NCBI RefSeq assembly: GCF_963853765.1
Contig: NC_088854.1
Location: forward strand, 1,054,001 to 1,118,000
DNA length: 64,000 nt
Direction of reading: 5' to 3'
Source: Magallana gigas
Lineage: Eukaryota
Under the pieces are notes generated by a model. The model searched no databases. It was not told where the DNA came from and saw nothing but the letters and a program-made list of their open reading frames with translations. The first letter of the stretch is position 1; the number at the start of each line of letters is the position of its first letter. This document shows positions 38,433-53,200 of this stretch, one piece after another. The translations under genes were made by a program, and so were the position numbers.

Positions 38433-39594
38433 CCTATTAGCTAGATACGCAAACAGGAAGGCGGTTTAATAATATCAAACCAAAGAGCCGTTTATATTAT
38501 AATTAGAGGAATTGGATAACATACTTCATAATAGTCACGAGACGAATGATGTTAAGTTGTCAAAAGAATTTGAAGATCTTTTGAAGTCAATTGAGTTCGT
38601 TTGAAGGGGTTGAATGAGCAAAAATAACTTGAAATACCAACAAATATGAAACTCTCAATTGTCTCAAAATCAGTCAAAAGAGAAAATGACTGAAAATATC
38701 AAAAGATTTGAACATGTATTAGGTTTTAAGCTCAATGCCCAGAATTGTATTTCTTCTAAAATAAAAAAATTAATAAAGACTTATCCAAAGTGACCAACAG
38801 AAATGAACATTACAATAGATCAATGCCGTTTGGTATTTGACAGGCTAACGTGGTTATGGCTAAAAGTGAAATAAACCTGTCCAGGCAATTGTTCCATACC
38901 TTAATGAAATAGAATTTATCATTTTAACCTATTGCAGTTTGCTTGGATGAACTATTCTTTAAGGAAGCAAAATGTATTTCTTACACTGGCAAGACAATAT
39001 AGGTTTGTGTGAAAATATAGATGACACTTTACATGTAAATTATTGACGGCTTAATAAATATTTAACTTTGGTCATTTTTTTTCATATCACTATGCAATTT
39101 TCATCGTTTTAAAAGTACCTTTACAAAATTTGACACAATCCAAATTGTCGTTGTCGTTTTATAATATCAAACAACAATTAATTGAAGATGAAATTAACGC
39201 GATTAAGGTGATATAACATAATTGAGGCAATAACATAGAATGTAATGAAAGACCCACTTCAATGTAAGTTGACTAAACCCTTGTTGATTTAACTTTTGTG
39301 TTACCCTTTACATCATTCATTTAATCATCTATATATATAAAATATGTTTAAAATATCGTATCCGAAAAAATGATAGGTTTTGTTTTACGTATTTCTTTCA
39401 TATGATATTTTCAAACATATTTGAAGATTTGAAAAGCCTAACAAAAAGGCTTTTTTATGAACTTTTCACTTAGATACTGATCACAAGAACGTAGAACTTT
39501 TATATGTTTGATACACATGAAGTATACAATAGCCCCCGTACACCCTTCCGTAAAGTCTCACATTACATAGTATTTTGTTGTAACGCTGTGGTAT

Positions 39595-42011
39595 TCAGTC
39601 TAACTCAAACGATGTCTTCATGGGTACTTTATTTGCCGTATCGCAGGTTTCTATCCGGATGTTAGTCTGACCGAAGTATATCTTAATTGTATAGTTTACG
39701 ATGTCTGGCCAACCATTTTCAGGGGGCTTGCAAACAATTTTTCCAACAGGTTTGAACCCTTCATCTGTAACAAAAGCCAACTGACCCTCTCTGACGTTCT
39801 TGGCTTCGTAAAGGATAATTTCTATTGAAACAAATTTCCTATCCTTGTTTCGATGTCGAGAAACTCCGGTATAACTTCTCTCTTCGTCGTACTTTATTAA
39901 GTCATTTTTGTACACCAAGGCATGAAAAACATCTTTGCATATCTCATCACCATCAATGATAACAAGTTTGCATTGAGGGTGAATCTTGCTCCCAAACGGC
40001 TTATTTACGCGCATACCGTATGAATAACGGCAGATTCTTGCCGAAACAGCACGAGGACTGTAGCCAAACTTCACAGCACCTTGAAGGACCACCGTACCCG
40101 GTTCGGGTGGAGAAATTACCTGAATGGTAGAAAAAGCAGGATGACTTCTTATGCTGTCTCTTAAAAACTCTGAGCATGAAAACCCTCCAACCATTATGAG
40201 GAACTCAACTGATTCTACTTCAGCAATGATGTTTTCAATGATATGAATTATTTTGTCTTTGGCAGTTTTAAAAAAACCTTGGAACTGTGTTTGGTCAACG
40301 TAAATGTGTTCCAATGTCATTGATTTGCCCTGATTTTGGATTTCTGTGTTTGCAAACATTTTTAATCGATTGGGAATCTGGAGTCGGATGTCATCCAGAC
40401 TTGTATTACAGCTGATTTGTCTTTTCTTGGCTTCAAATTCTCTCTCAAAATCTAAAGCATCTCTAGGGGCTATCTCCCATAACTTATCAATACACTCCTC
40501 ATTCTTGAATAATCCAGTGACAAACACCTTAAATTCGGCGTCAACAATAGTTCCACCCCAGTCTCCACCGCTGGCTTTATAGACTTCCGCTAATGTCTTG
40601 TCCTCCATGATCTTGTGAACCACTATGTCAATGGTACCCCCTAAAATAACAGAGAATGTTACACTTTTTAAATAACTAGCTTCATGTATAGATAAAAGTT
40701 TGTAGCTTACTACTGCAAACAAAAGCCCAAAACCACACAAAGCCCACTAGAACAAAACACCATTATTCATTGATATTGTAATGAAAGTCTAGAATAGATA
40801 TCAGTTGAAAGGATAGTTTGTGTTTAGAACTTATCTAATATTTATCTCTAATAGTGTCTAATCCATAATAATATACCATGAATGTTGTATATGTTACAAT
40901 CCATATTGTATTGGCGATAGTATTGTTTTTTTTTAATTCGGTCAGCTAGTTTGTTTTTATGCATTTTATTAAAACTTTACTGCGAGTCAAAAAATTGATC
41001 CTGAATTGTTGTACAAATACGAATATAAGAATATAAGAATATACATGTTTTTATTATATTTTTATCATATTTATGATCATTTAAGTTTCCTTACCTCCCA
41101 TATCGAGGACCATGTACTTGGTTCCTGGTTCGAACGCCAGTGTAAGCATATGATCCTGTAGTTCCCTACAGTACAGTGCTGCCGCTTCCGGTTCTAGTGC
41201 TAGAAGAATCTGATACTCTGCTATCTCTGCCTGTTTCAAATAACATTTAAATAGATATAGACGTCTTTTTTTTTACATATTAATAGTGTCTTATATGTTG
41301 ACACTCATTATCTTCCACATAATTAAATGATACATTTTTTATCAACCTTAATTGCGGCCTTTTTCATAAACTCCTTTGCAGATTCAGACCAAATTGCAGG
41401 AACCGTCAAGACGAAAAGGACATTTTCACATTTGTACACTGACCCGCAGCCCTTGGCAGCGATTTCAAAGTGACCTTTTAGCACTCTTATTATGTGTTCA
41501 AATATGTCAATAGCTGGCATGGACACACTCCCTGTGTCGTCTTGAATCTCAAACGTTTCAGTAATGTTCTATTACAAAAATACAACAACAAAAATAAAAA
41601 TAACAAATGATCAATGAATTACGATATCTTTCTAAAATGCCGGCAAACTATTATATATAGAAACGGTACCTTTTCATGGTAAAGTCTCATTTTAAAATTG
41701 CGAAATCTGTAGCATTTATGGTGCGTTTTATCTTTAACCATCTTAGCGTAATTTGCCTCTGCTTCATAACCAAAGGAGTTGAAGGATCTGTCTTCGTTCA
41801 GTAGGACGATGGAAGGGGCCTTGGCTGTTTTATCGTGACTAAAATTTCCTATCCATTCATTGAGATTGATCTTGTTTTCTTTGATCTGTTTTCTGTCACT
41901 GTATGCATACCCTGAGTAGCTTGTTCCTATGTCAATGGCTACTACAATATCCCAATTGTACATGGAGGAACATTCTGATACCTGAACCGGGATTTTTTCT
42001 TGACTCGCCAT
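39595..42011 (-). CDS. HSPA12: HSPA12-like atypical HSP70, copy C (~581 aa)
   Basis: Exons 42011-41670, 41568-41347, 41230-41095, 40640-39595; same motifs and phases. Confidence 0.92.
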
Positions 42012-42138
42012 ATTTCCTGTTGTTTTATTCTGCTGAAAAATGAATTGCTTTTATAAGAATATACTATTGTATCAAGATGTTAATCAAATAAATATGTTAC
42101 ATTGTTGGTAACGAAAAGCTCTTACAACACAAAAGTAT

Positions 42139-42169
42139 GGGATTTCCATATGGAATCGAAAATGAAAGT
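42139..42169. promoter_or_regulatory. kappaB-like + ISRE/IRF-E-like module upstream of HSPA12 copy C
   Basis: GGGATTTCC (42139-42147) and GAAAATGAAAGT (42158-42169); same 10-bp spacing as in copy B. Confidence 0.6.
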
Positions 42170-42639
42170 AAAGTTGAGTTAAGAAAATTAATTTTTTAAT
42201 ATAAAATAATTAAAAATTAATTTTGTCACAATGAAGCATTACAAAATACAAAAGAAAATTAATAAATATATGAATAATGATTAATCATTCTTCAAACTTC
42301 AAACTAAAAATACAACAAACAATGGCTCCCACAAGAAAATAATATTATTAATTTTATAAAAATGCATTAAATAAACCGACATTTTTTATCTTAGATATCT
42401 TCATTTCTTTATCTTCATCTACATCTACTCTGATGTATCTTTTGTTTTGTAAAATTTCTAAATATATACAAAATACCTAAACACCAACCTTGGACCAGTA
42501 ATCAACATGTCCGCTAGGTTTCTTTAAATAGAACAATGACGTTGTTCAATTGATAAAAATTGTCTAATATTGACAGGATACTAAAACTTTAAAGGGGCAT
42601 GGTCACAGTTTAAGCTGAAATGGATAATAGTTGATCCGT

Positions 42640-44600
42640 TGACGTTGGGTATACAACGCTGACCCAATGTTAAGCCAACGTCGGGTATTTGTTGGTTCGT
42701 TGGCATTGGGTACAGTACGTTGGCCCTATGTAGGGTTAAGGACCACATAATGTCCACACATCCTTGCTTGAGTACCGATGTTAGTTGGGAACACAATCTT
42801 TAGTCGACGTTAGGTCATCCTTGTAAATTTCTTTTAATTTTAGCGGAAAGCACGACATTTTCCAAACATTGATAAAACGTCTGTTAATTAACAATTATCT
42901 TTTTATATTGTAGTTCACCTACATTACAGGGTAGTTTATGTTTGATACACAGACTACTGTAACATTTACTATCTGTATATCAGAATTCCAGAAAATCGGG
43001 TTGTTTAAATAATGTCAAACCTAACAATAATATTTACATAATATCATGGGAAACGTGTGAAAATATACAATTTTATGTTTTACCGTTTAAAGCTGCATAC
43101 AAAGAGCCGAAATCAAAACAAATAGATTATGCAAAATAGTACTCTGTTACATAGTTGTTCAAAAATGAAGAATTTACAGGTAATCTTGAGATCAGAGTAT
43201 ATTCACTGACCAACTAATTAAGAGAGAAAATTCAAGACCAACCAGTTTTTATGGGATTGGTTATATTTGATCGGTTGTTATGTCCAAGTATGCGTTCACT
43301 TAGCTTATACATGGAATAAAGTTAAACAGAGTCATGATAAATGCAGGGTTTTTTTTAAGAAAGGATTTTACAGTCATATCCAAGGAAATGAAACATAAAT
43401 TTAAGTATTTATCTCAATTTTTTGTAGTGAAATTAATTTGGTTTAGCTAATTACTAGATTGGTAAACTCTATATTAAACAATGTGACTTTTTTAATAAAA
43501 ACATGTTAACTGTCCACTGAACTGTTGTATACTCTACTGAGAAGAATCAATCTAATACTCTAATAACTAAGTAATCTGAGATATTTTAAGTGACTCCTAA
43601 AGACATTTTGATATATATTAATTACCATGCCATACCGATAGCAAGTTTCTTACCTCGGGCATATGTACAACCTGATAGATGTTATACATAATCCTTTCCT
43701 TTAATCCATTTATTTATTTAGAATCATTTTAACAAGGCATTGGACTTTCAGTAGACGTAACTATCTTTTACTTGCGTCAAAACAAGTTAAATATGTGCTG
43801 GTTTCAGGTGAAATATACAGACTGCAAAATCTTAGCTCAAAAGTCAGACAAACCTTGTTGATTTTAATAAGCCATGACTGAGTAGCCAACAATGAAATAG
43901 ACATGCATACGTTTTCACATTTCACATTTTGCTGGTTAGCGGGTAGTAGTAATTCCGGTGGAGGTAAAGGCTATCTTTATGAACTCTTTGTCTTTTCCTA
44001 ATTTTTCATGAACACGCCACATGCTCTCTGGCGAAAAAAATGAATTCAAATAACTACCATTTATTAATGATTTGACACGCGTTCATTAGTGTGCAAATCA
44101 AGGAAACAAAGAAAAATACATCTTTCTTTTAGTTTGCAAATATCAAATCGTCAAAGTTTCCCATCGTCCTTTTCTTTTCAGTTTAGAAAATCGTCAATCT
44201 TTTATACCGCCAATTTGCAGTATATAAAAATACTAGAGTGGACAAGGGAGAGTGATTTGTTACTTTTCTCAATTTCCGGAATTAAGTTAACTGTGGATAT
44301 TAATTTACCCTTGTATATGGTTGCTAAACCCATTGATGACATCTGATTCATTAAAATGATATTTATCGGGGTTTTTGCATTCTTGATTTCAGTGTTTTAA
44401 TATTTTGTGTATTGTTTAACCTACATTATATCAATATAACTTAACATTTGGCCAATGTTGAACTAATAAGGGACCAACATTGACCCAACATTAGACCAAC
44501 ATAGATCTTATGTAAAATAGTTTGGCCCACCGTCATTTGCCAATCTAGATCCAACGTAACCAATGATGTTGGCCAAACATTGGCCTAAAGTACGCTATCT
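42640..44600. mobile_element. Decayed TIR element with CCAAC/GTTGG subterminal repeats
   Basis: GTTGG-rich block 42640-42810 and CCAAC-rich block 44445-44600 ending GGCCTAAAGTACGCTATCT; boundaries approximate. Confidence 0.4.
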
Positions 44601-45014
44601 ATGAGACGCAAAAACTGTGGATCGTAAAAATGGGTCAGGCTAGCTACCATTTAGGAGATTAGATATTTCTTCGCATTTTGCAGTTCATTTCGGAGATTTA
44701 TACGTTTTGCTTGGATGAACTAAACTTTAAGGAATAAGTATGTCTGTTCTTACTCAGGCTAGACATTTTGAGTTTTTTATGAGATGATAATAAAGATGAC
44801 AACATACATATAAATTATTATCATTATCAAATTTTGATACTAGTTGAATTATCAACATTCTTAAAAACACTTATGAATGATTTTAGGGACTTATAAAAAA
44901 CTTATTGTACGTTTTGAATCTCGTGGAAATATGTTCCCTCCTTTTCAAACTCGGTCTTCTTTTTAGGATATTTGGCAATTTTTATTTCTACCATAGCATT
45001 GACTAAATTGATAT

Positions 45015-45160
45015 TCAGTCTCACTCAAAAGATTACATAATTTGTACTGTATTTGATGTCTCTTAGTTCTACTCAGTCCGAAGTACATTGTATATCTTGG
45101 TGGTATAGTCTACCCTGTTCGGCCAACAGTTTTCAGGAGGGAGCAAACATTTTTTTAATA
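45015..45160 (-). pseudogene. HSPA12: HSPA12 C-terminal relic (psi2)
   Basis: Minus reads PPENCWPNRVDYTTKIY, then a decayed FG..., ending tttgagtgagactga like the paralog stop context (FELD*). Confidence 0.7.
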
Positions 45161-46492
45161 AACCTTAATCCAATAACCAATTTTCGTTTTTAAAACAAAG
45201 CAATTTATTACCATGATTTACAAATAAAAACATTGAAATTGGAACTATACAGTAGACCACGTACAAAACAGTAGAAATACATCGGTTGAACCTTAAATGT
45301 TGATAAGAAAAAATGTTTGGGTTTCTTTTTTGTGTATTGGTTTTTTTTCTTGGTTTGTTTGGGGTTTTTTTGGAGGGGGGGGGGGGGGATTTGGGTGTTT
45401 TTTGTGTTTTTGTTGTTGTTGTTTTTAGGAGGTTTTTTTTTGGGGGGGGGGGCATAATATTTTTTCTTAGGTTCAGTATGTGCACTTAATGTCGGTAGTG
45501 GGTTTAAAATTTTGCGCCCTCTGCGCAGGGTATTGCGCATTACTGTTGTAAAACACAAATTCAAAGTAAAATGTTCAATGATACAGGTTATCATGTAACG
45601 TTTTTATTTCAGAAAAATTACACTCAAAAAATTATTTTAAGTGAAATGAATCGTTAGAATAATGTCAGAAGTATTTTAATTTTTTCGCTGCTTCTTTAAA
45701 ATCGAGGTAATTGTCGTCGGAGTCAACGTCTTATGATGACGTCAGTTGAGACTGTGACGTAACAATTGACAAAAATTAACGTCGTGCATTTTCTATATTA
45801 CAGCGTCAATAATGAAAATCAAAACTATAATTTGCAAAATAAAAACATATACGCGACCCTTCTACGTTCTGTGTGAGTGGAAATGTATTTTTTCCTCTAA
45901 TACAAATAAAATTAAATTTGATTCGTAAACATCCTTTTGTATCATACAATTCTATAATGTAAAATGGCTGGCACGGCACGTTTATAGGATCAAACTATGA
46001 GGACGGATAGCCTAAAAACCATCCGGTCAATTTCTTTTTAATTTGGCAAAAAGTTTACTTATACGTTAACCTTCCATCGCTGAAAATTGAAAATCGTATG
46101 TATGTAGTTTTTAGATATGAAATTGAAAATGAAAACCCTCATTTTCCTGTATAATCCTATATAAAATGTCGGTGATGAATCGGACATACGACCAAAATTT
46201 GAGCACGACAAACAAATAAACTATCCGGTCATTTTACTTTATATTTTGCACATAGTTAACTCATAAGTTGACATTTTACTGTAAAAAAACATTAAAGGAA
46301 ATCGTATGTTTGAAACATTCTCCCCCGAGACTCCTTAAGAAAAAAGATTAAAGCTTTTATAACTGACAAATCAAAAATGTCAAAACTGCGGAATTTCTTA
46401 TTAGTATCTAGATAAAAATTTTCAAAAATGTAGTATGACATTGGAAATACGTCTCCCACATTGGATAGTCGTGTGTTTTATCGCTGTAATAT

Positions 46493-47410
46493 TTAATCTA
46501 ACTCAAATGATGCTTTTATGCTTTCTTTATTCGCCGTATCACAGGTCTCTATCCGGATGCTTGTCTGTCCAAAGTATATTTTGGTTGCATAGTCTACCCT
46601 GTCCGGCCAACCATTTCCAGGAGGCGTGCGTACAATTTTCCCAATAGACTTAAACCCTTCACCAGTAACAAAAGCTAACTGACCTTTAACCACGTTTCTT
46701 GCTTGAAAGAGATCCTTTGTCATCGAAACAAACTTTCTATCCTTGCTACGACGATCTGAATGTGTCGTATGAGTTCTCACTTCTACGTACTTCACTAACT
46801 CATCTTTGTATACCAAGTCGCTGAAAACATCTTTGCACTTCTCATAACCGTCAATAGTAGCACGTGAGGATGTATCTTGCTATCAAAGTCCCTTAGAACG
46901 CTAAAACCGTATGTATATCTACATATTCTTGCAGAGACTGCACGAGGATTGTATCCAAATAAAACGGTTCCTTTCAGGACCGCCGTGTCAGGTTCATTGG
47001 GAGAGATGGATTTAATGGAAGAGAAAGCAGGGTTGCTTTTTATCTCGTTTGTCAAAAACTCCGAGCCTGAAAATCCTCCGACCATAAAAATATAATCTAT
47101 TTTTTCTAGTTCAACCAAAATTTCTTTGAGAATACCAATAATTCTATCTTTTACAGTGGTAAAAAACTCTTGAAATGTTCATTTTGAACATTCATGCGTA
47201 CTAATGTTAGTGTTTGCTTATGTTCCTTTTGAATCTCAGTGTTTGCAAACTGCATTAATCGCGCAGGTAGTTGAAGCCGAATGTTCCCCCATTGCATTAC
47301 TGCTGATTTGTCTTTTCTTTGCCTCCAATTCTCTCTCAAACTCTTAAGGAGCCAACTCCCACAAATTTTCAGAACATTTCTTGTTTTTGAAAACTCCGTT
47401 CACAAACTCT
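46493..47410 (-). pseudogene. HSPA12: Frameshifted HSPA12 exon-4 pseudogene (psi3), closest to copy A, 5'-truncated
   Basis: Three overlapping frames (47151-47339, 46795-47118, 46493-46816) together give one exon-4 paralog; the 3' flank 46346-46490 matches the copy A flank 20265-20386. Confidence 0.9.
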
Positions 47411-47949
47411 TTAGAAATGAGACAAAAATAATTGTTTTACAATATCATATATTCTTTTCATATATTATTTTATCTTATGAATAGATTTACAAAGAGATAT
47501 AGTGACAACAAACAGTGTTCAAATCAAATGTCCAGAGGAAAATACAAGACAGGAACAGAGCAAAGACGGTCATCCACAAAAATAAGAGGAGTGAGCATCC
47601 TCTGCTGACCGGTCACATTCGCCATGTCGCAATCGGGAAAAGGGAAAAATACCATAACAATTAAGTAACAATTACCCCAGTCAGCATCGATCAAAAAAAT
47701 TAAAAAACTAATGATTAATAATTAAATTGGTCAACCAAACACTGCGTTTAAATTGACCGGTCTGCCAGTTCATCATAAAATTGTTGACAATGACAATTTC
47801 TTTATTCTCCGAACTGCATAAATTACAGTGTTGAGAAAAATCACAAAAAATGAACAATAATACATATAATACATACATTGCATGCATTGGAGTGACAGTG
47901 AAAAAAAAAGGAAAAAAGTATGATTAGCAATTAACCTAGAGAGCTAACT

Positions 47950-49690
47950 CTCTCAATTATAACTTTAATGAATTTACACAGATTAATCAACAATTTTTTA
48001 TTTTTTATTATTAGTATTAAAGAGTTGAAATTTGTAAACATTTGGTATGTATAAAACTCTCTTATCTTTAATTGTCATATCTGTACAATGAAATAAATAA
48101 TGAAATCCATCTCCTATCTCAATACAGTTACATATGGTACATATACGGCTTTCACGAGGTATATCATACCATCTACCTCGTTCTATAGGCAATTTAGCAT
48201 CACTTGTTCTAAAAGTACATAAAGATTTCTAATATTTAGAAGGCAGATCTAATAAGTATTTTTCCAAAGATAATGTGGTTTTACAAATTCGATAGTTAAT
48301 ACCTTTTGATGAATTATACATTTCACTATTCCATGACTGCTTGAAATGGTCTAGAAGTATATGAAAAACAGTTTTCTTAAGCCACTGGATATTTACATTT
48401 TGTTGATACAAAATAAAAGATAGACCACAATCATTCAATATTCTAACAATAAATTTAAACCAGGGTCCGTTCATTTTACCCATTGCATATTGTAGTTTTG
48501 ACGAAACTTTATTATTTTGAGAAAAGACAAGTTTACTCCAAAATGATATCATGCAGACTTTAACATTAATTATTAGTGGGTATCGTCCAAGTTCCCCATA
48601 AACCATATAATTTGGTGTTGAAGACTTTAGGTTTAAGATATGTTTACAAAATTTCAGATGTAACTTTTCAACCAGTGTTATATTACCAAATCCCCAAACT
48701 TCACATCCATATAGTAAAATAGGTTTCGCAATTTTGTCAAACATATCTAATTTACAATCAATTGACATATCGTGTTTTCTACATTTGGCTATTACACTAT
48801 ACATAGCTCTAGTAGCTTTTTCACAAAGTTCTTTCACATTGAGACTAAATGATCCATTTTTACAAAAATGTACTCCAAGGATTTTTTTATTATCTACAAT
48901 TACTTAAATGAATAATCTACACGTGATCTACCTTTATTAAAAATGACAATTTTTGTTTTATCACTATTAACTTTGAGATGCCAGCTTTTACAATATCTTT
49001 GAAAACATCAGGTTGATGTTGAAGATCATCAGGAGATTCTGATAATAATATTGTATCATCTGCATATAATAATACAAAAAGTCTTAGATATAAATTACAT
49101 TTGTTTTCCAGTTGATATGATAGTGATGTCAAACCCTCTACATCCTTTTTTGATAAAAATTCTTCTAAATCGTTAGGAAAAAAAGGTGACAAATTTTCAC
49201 CTTGTCTAACACCCACTGTATATGGAAACATATCAGAGGTTAAACTCGTGGCAGTTACATTCGATTTAATTCCCTTATACATATTTGTAATAACATTAAA
49301 ATATTTGCCATCAATATTGTTCAATAAAATTTTGTTCCATAGACCAACACGCCAAACAGAATCAAAAGCCTTTTCAAAATCTATAAAAGCACAAAATAAT
49401 TTTATTTTAAGTGTCTTTGATAATTCAATCAAAGAATATAACGAAAAACTGTGATCAATAGTCGAGTAATCTTTACGAAACCCAGCTTGATTTTCTAAAA
49501 TAAGTTCTACTCTATTTGCATACTCAGTCAATCTTTCATTGAGGATAGAAGTAAACAATTTCCCAAGGCAGCTTATAAGCGTGATTGGTCTATAGTTTGA
49601 TGAATCAGTATTGTTACCTTTATTTTTATAAATTGGGATAATGTTTCCATGTATCCACTGTGAAGGTATAATTCCAGTTAGACCACTACC
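47950..49690 (-). mobile_element. 5'-truncated, frameshifted non-LTR retrotransposon (CR1/L2-like reverse transcriptase)
   Basis: PIYKNKG...NYRPITLISCLGKLFTSILNERL, ENQAGFRK, FIDFEKAFDSV, GVRQGENLSP, LYADDT, YGELGRYPL. Confidence 0.9.
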
Positions 49691-50256
49691 TCTCAGCTAA
49701 TTAAAATTTGTCCGATTTCGAATGGAAAAAACCTAAAAACGCCTCTGAGCTGTTCAACATAAATGGCTTGCTGTTACACAAAATTATACTTGCATCTGAA
49801 GTTGCGGGTGAAAGAAAATGGTTTTTGAATTGGACTCGGGAACATAATTCATTGGACTTCATGGCTGAAATGGTGTTCTTGTTCAGTTCCAACAATTATC
49901 ATGTAGCGTTCATGCTCAATCAATGATTGTATATTTTGATATCTAATCTTTTGTTAAAATGACTGTAGCTGTTAATATTTTATAGATATAAGAATATTGT
50001 GAAGCAATTAAAAGCAAAATTTTAAAAAAGGTTAATAATAACTCGAGTTTATTGAAAGTCAGACAATCAGACAACATACAAGTATAACTTATTTTTCTTT
50101 TGTTGCAGTTTGGAAATGCAGGTGAATTTTTTATATTTCATATTTTTGCCGCAAAAAGAATTTTCGTTCTTAAATATCTTTTTAACGTTTTTTTCACCTT
50201 TTGACAGTTTAGAAATAACTCTCTCACAAAATGAATTTTTTTAAGCGCTGTAATAT

Positions 50257-53200
50257 TTAGTCTAGCTCAAAGGTTGACTTAATGTGTTCTTTATTCGCTG
50301 TTTCGTAGGTCTCTATCCGAATGCTAGTCTGTCCAAAGTAAATTTTGACTGTATAGTCTACCCTGTCCGGCCAACCACTATCAGGAGGCGTCCAAACAAT
50401 TTTTCCAATAGACTGAAACCCTTCATCGGTAACAAATGCCAACTGACCCTCTACCATGTTCTTAGTTTGATAAAGTTCAACCTTTTTTTTAACAAATTTT
50501 TGATCCTTGTTGCGATGAGTTGATTGTAAATTTTTCGTCCTCACTTCGTCATACTTTACTAACTCATCTTTGTTTACCAAGACATCAAAAACATCTATAC
50601 ACTTCTCATCGCCGTCAATATTAGCACGTTTTCCAAGAGGATGTATCTTGCTATCAAAGACTTCACAAACACCTATTCCGTAGGTATATCTACAAATTCT
50701 TGCCGTAACAGCACGAGGATAGTAGCCGAATAAAACGGCCCCCTGCAGGACAACTTTGTCAGGATCTTTTGGGGAGATAAACTTTATAGAAGAGAAACTG
50801 GGGTGGCGTTTTATCTCATTTCTTAGAAAATGTGAACATGAAAATCCCCCGACTAAGACGATAAAATCGATTGTTCCTACCTCTGCAAAAATGTTTTCAA
50901 TGGCACCAATAATTTTGTCCCTCGCTGTTTTGAAAAAGTCCCTGAATTCTTCATTTTGAACGTATATGTGTGCTAATGTGATTGATTCAATTTTTTTATC
51001 TCCGAATTCTATGTTTGCAAACATCTTTAACCGTTCAGGGAGCTTAAGTCGGATGTCGTCATCATCGTCATCGCCGATTTGTCTTTTCTTGGCTTCAAAC
51101 TCTCTTTCAAAATCTAAAGCATCTCTAGGAGCTACCTCCCATAGCTGGTTAATACATTGATCATTTTTAAATAAATTGTAGACGAAAGCTTTAAATTCTT
51201 TGTCAACGATAGTCCCTCCCCAGTCACCACCGCTGGCTTTATAGACTTCCGCTAGGGTACCGTCCTCCATGATTTTGTGAACCACTATATCTATGGTGCC
51301 CCCTAAAACAGAATATTGTAGGATATATAGTCTAGAAAACCCGACATAACTTATAACAGTGAATACTAGAATACAGGACGAGATGAAGGAAGTGGTGCTT
51401 AAATCAGATGAACTTAGTTATTATATGTGTAAAAAAAAATTCGAATAAACAAAGTAACAAAAAACTACACTAGGTGCGACATCCGAAAGTAAGACATCCA
51501 CCTATTATATAAAAAAAAGATTGCTATATGTGAATATAACAACATTATAATAGGAAAAATTGCTTATCTAATCGATCTCTAAGAAATTGAGTATAGGTCT
51601 TATAGATACACATCCCTACCTCCCATATCCAGGACCATGTACTTGGTTCCTGACTCGAACGAATATGTCTGCATTCGGTCCGGTAAAGTCTTACAATAGA
51701 GGGCTGCCGCCTCTGGCTCTAACGCAAGGAGAATCTGACACTCTGCTATCCCAGCCTAGTTAGATTTATTAAATCTATACATAGACATAATGCAAGTACT
51801 CATTTGAAATGGTAAATACACGTAAATGTACTACAATCATCTGTTTGAACAAAATATAATTCAAAATGTAAAAATATAGAGAAGATAACCTTCATTGCAG
51901 CCTTTTTCATGAACTCTTTGGCGGATTCGGACCAAATAGCAGGAACCGTCAAGACATAGAGGACTTCCTCAGGTTTGAATACCACTCCCCTGTCCTTGGC
52001 GGCCTCTTCAAAATGATCCTTAAGCGCCTTTATTGCGTGTTTAAATATATCTATTGCAGGTAGAGATATGCACTTTCTCTCGTCTTGTATCTCAAAAGTT
52101 TCCGTGACATTCTGTAAATTTCAAAAAATACACCCAACGAATGGTCACACATAGATTAGTTTTAAACAAGGTATTATATGTCTTTGTACCAACTTGCATC
52201 CATTTTAAGTTAATATTTTGATACTCATAGATATATTATTTCCCCTAAAATATAATTTGTAGGGTTTGTCGAACTGTCTAACTAAGTCGAACGTATGAGC
52301 TACTAAGTTGTGCAAAGGAATATTTAATCATAATAACGAGATTAAATGTCGTACATACGAGGTAAAACGCCATACGAACGAGATAGTTAGTGGTTATAAT
52401 GACATCAACTGATTCGTACTTACAAGATAATAAGTCGCTTAAACGAGATAAAATGTCGTACTTATTTATTTTTCATACATTTTATTCATTTTTTACTATA
52501 TAAAACATTAGTTGCGGGAATAAATGATCATGGCATAGGATTCACGTACTAAGCTAATTTTTATGGATCGAATCGTAACAAAGCGTAACGGGCTTTATGG
52601 GATTTGATCACTTGACCAACCCGTATTTATATCCTGATATAAATCCAAAAATGATACCCTATTTCTTAAATAAAGAGATAACATGTCATTCATATGAGAT
52701 ATAATATGTCTTAAATTCGATACAATAGTCAACAATTAGTCGTCTGTACGATATAATGTCATAAAAACAAGATATTAAGTCGTTATAATGAGATCCTTAG
52801 TTTTAAGTATGTACGAGATAATAAGTCGTTATGACTAGATACCGGTAATATGTCAGATTTTTATTAAAAATTATTATCTCGTTATAACGACTTGTAATCT
52901 CATTATAACGACTTAGTATCTCGTTGAAACAACGTATTATCTCGTCGACATATTACAACGACTTATTTATTTACGTACGTACAACATATTATCACGATTT
53001 AGAATCTCGTACGTACGACATATTATCTCGTTATAAGGACTTAATATCTAGTACGTACGACTTAGTTTATGTCATTTATACAATATTATCTCGTTTTATC
53101 GACTTATTATCTCGTAGGTACGACATAATATCTCGTACGTACGACATTTTATGTCGTACGTATGACAGATTATCTCGTACATACGACATTTTATCTCATA

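Noticed and set aside
45165-45594. Lys/Pro-rich ORFs on minus
   Set aside because: Products of G/T homopolymer low-complexity tracts.
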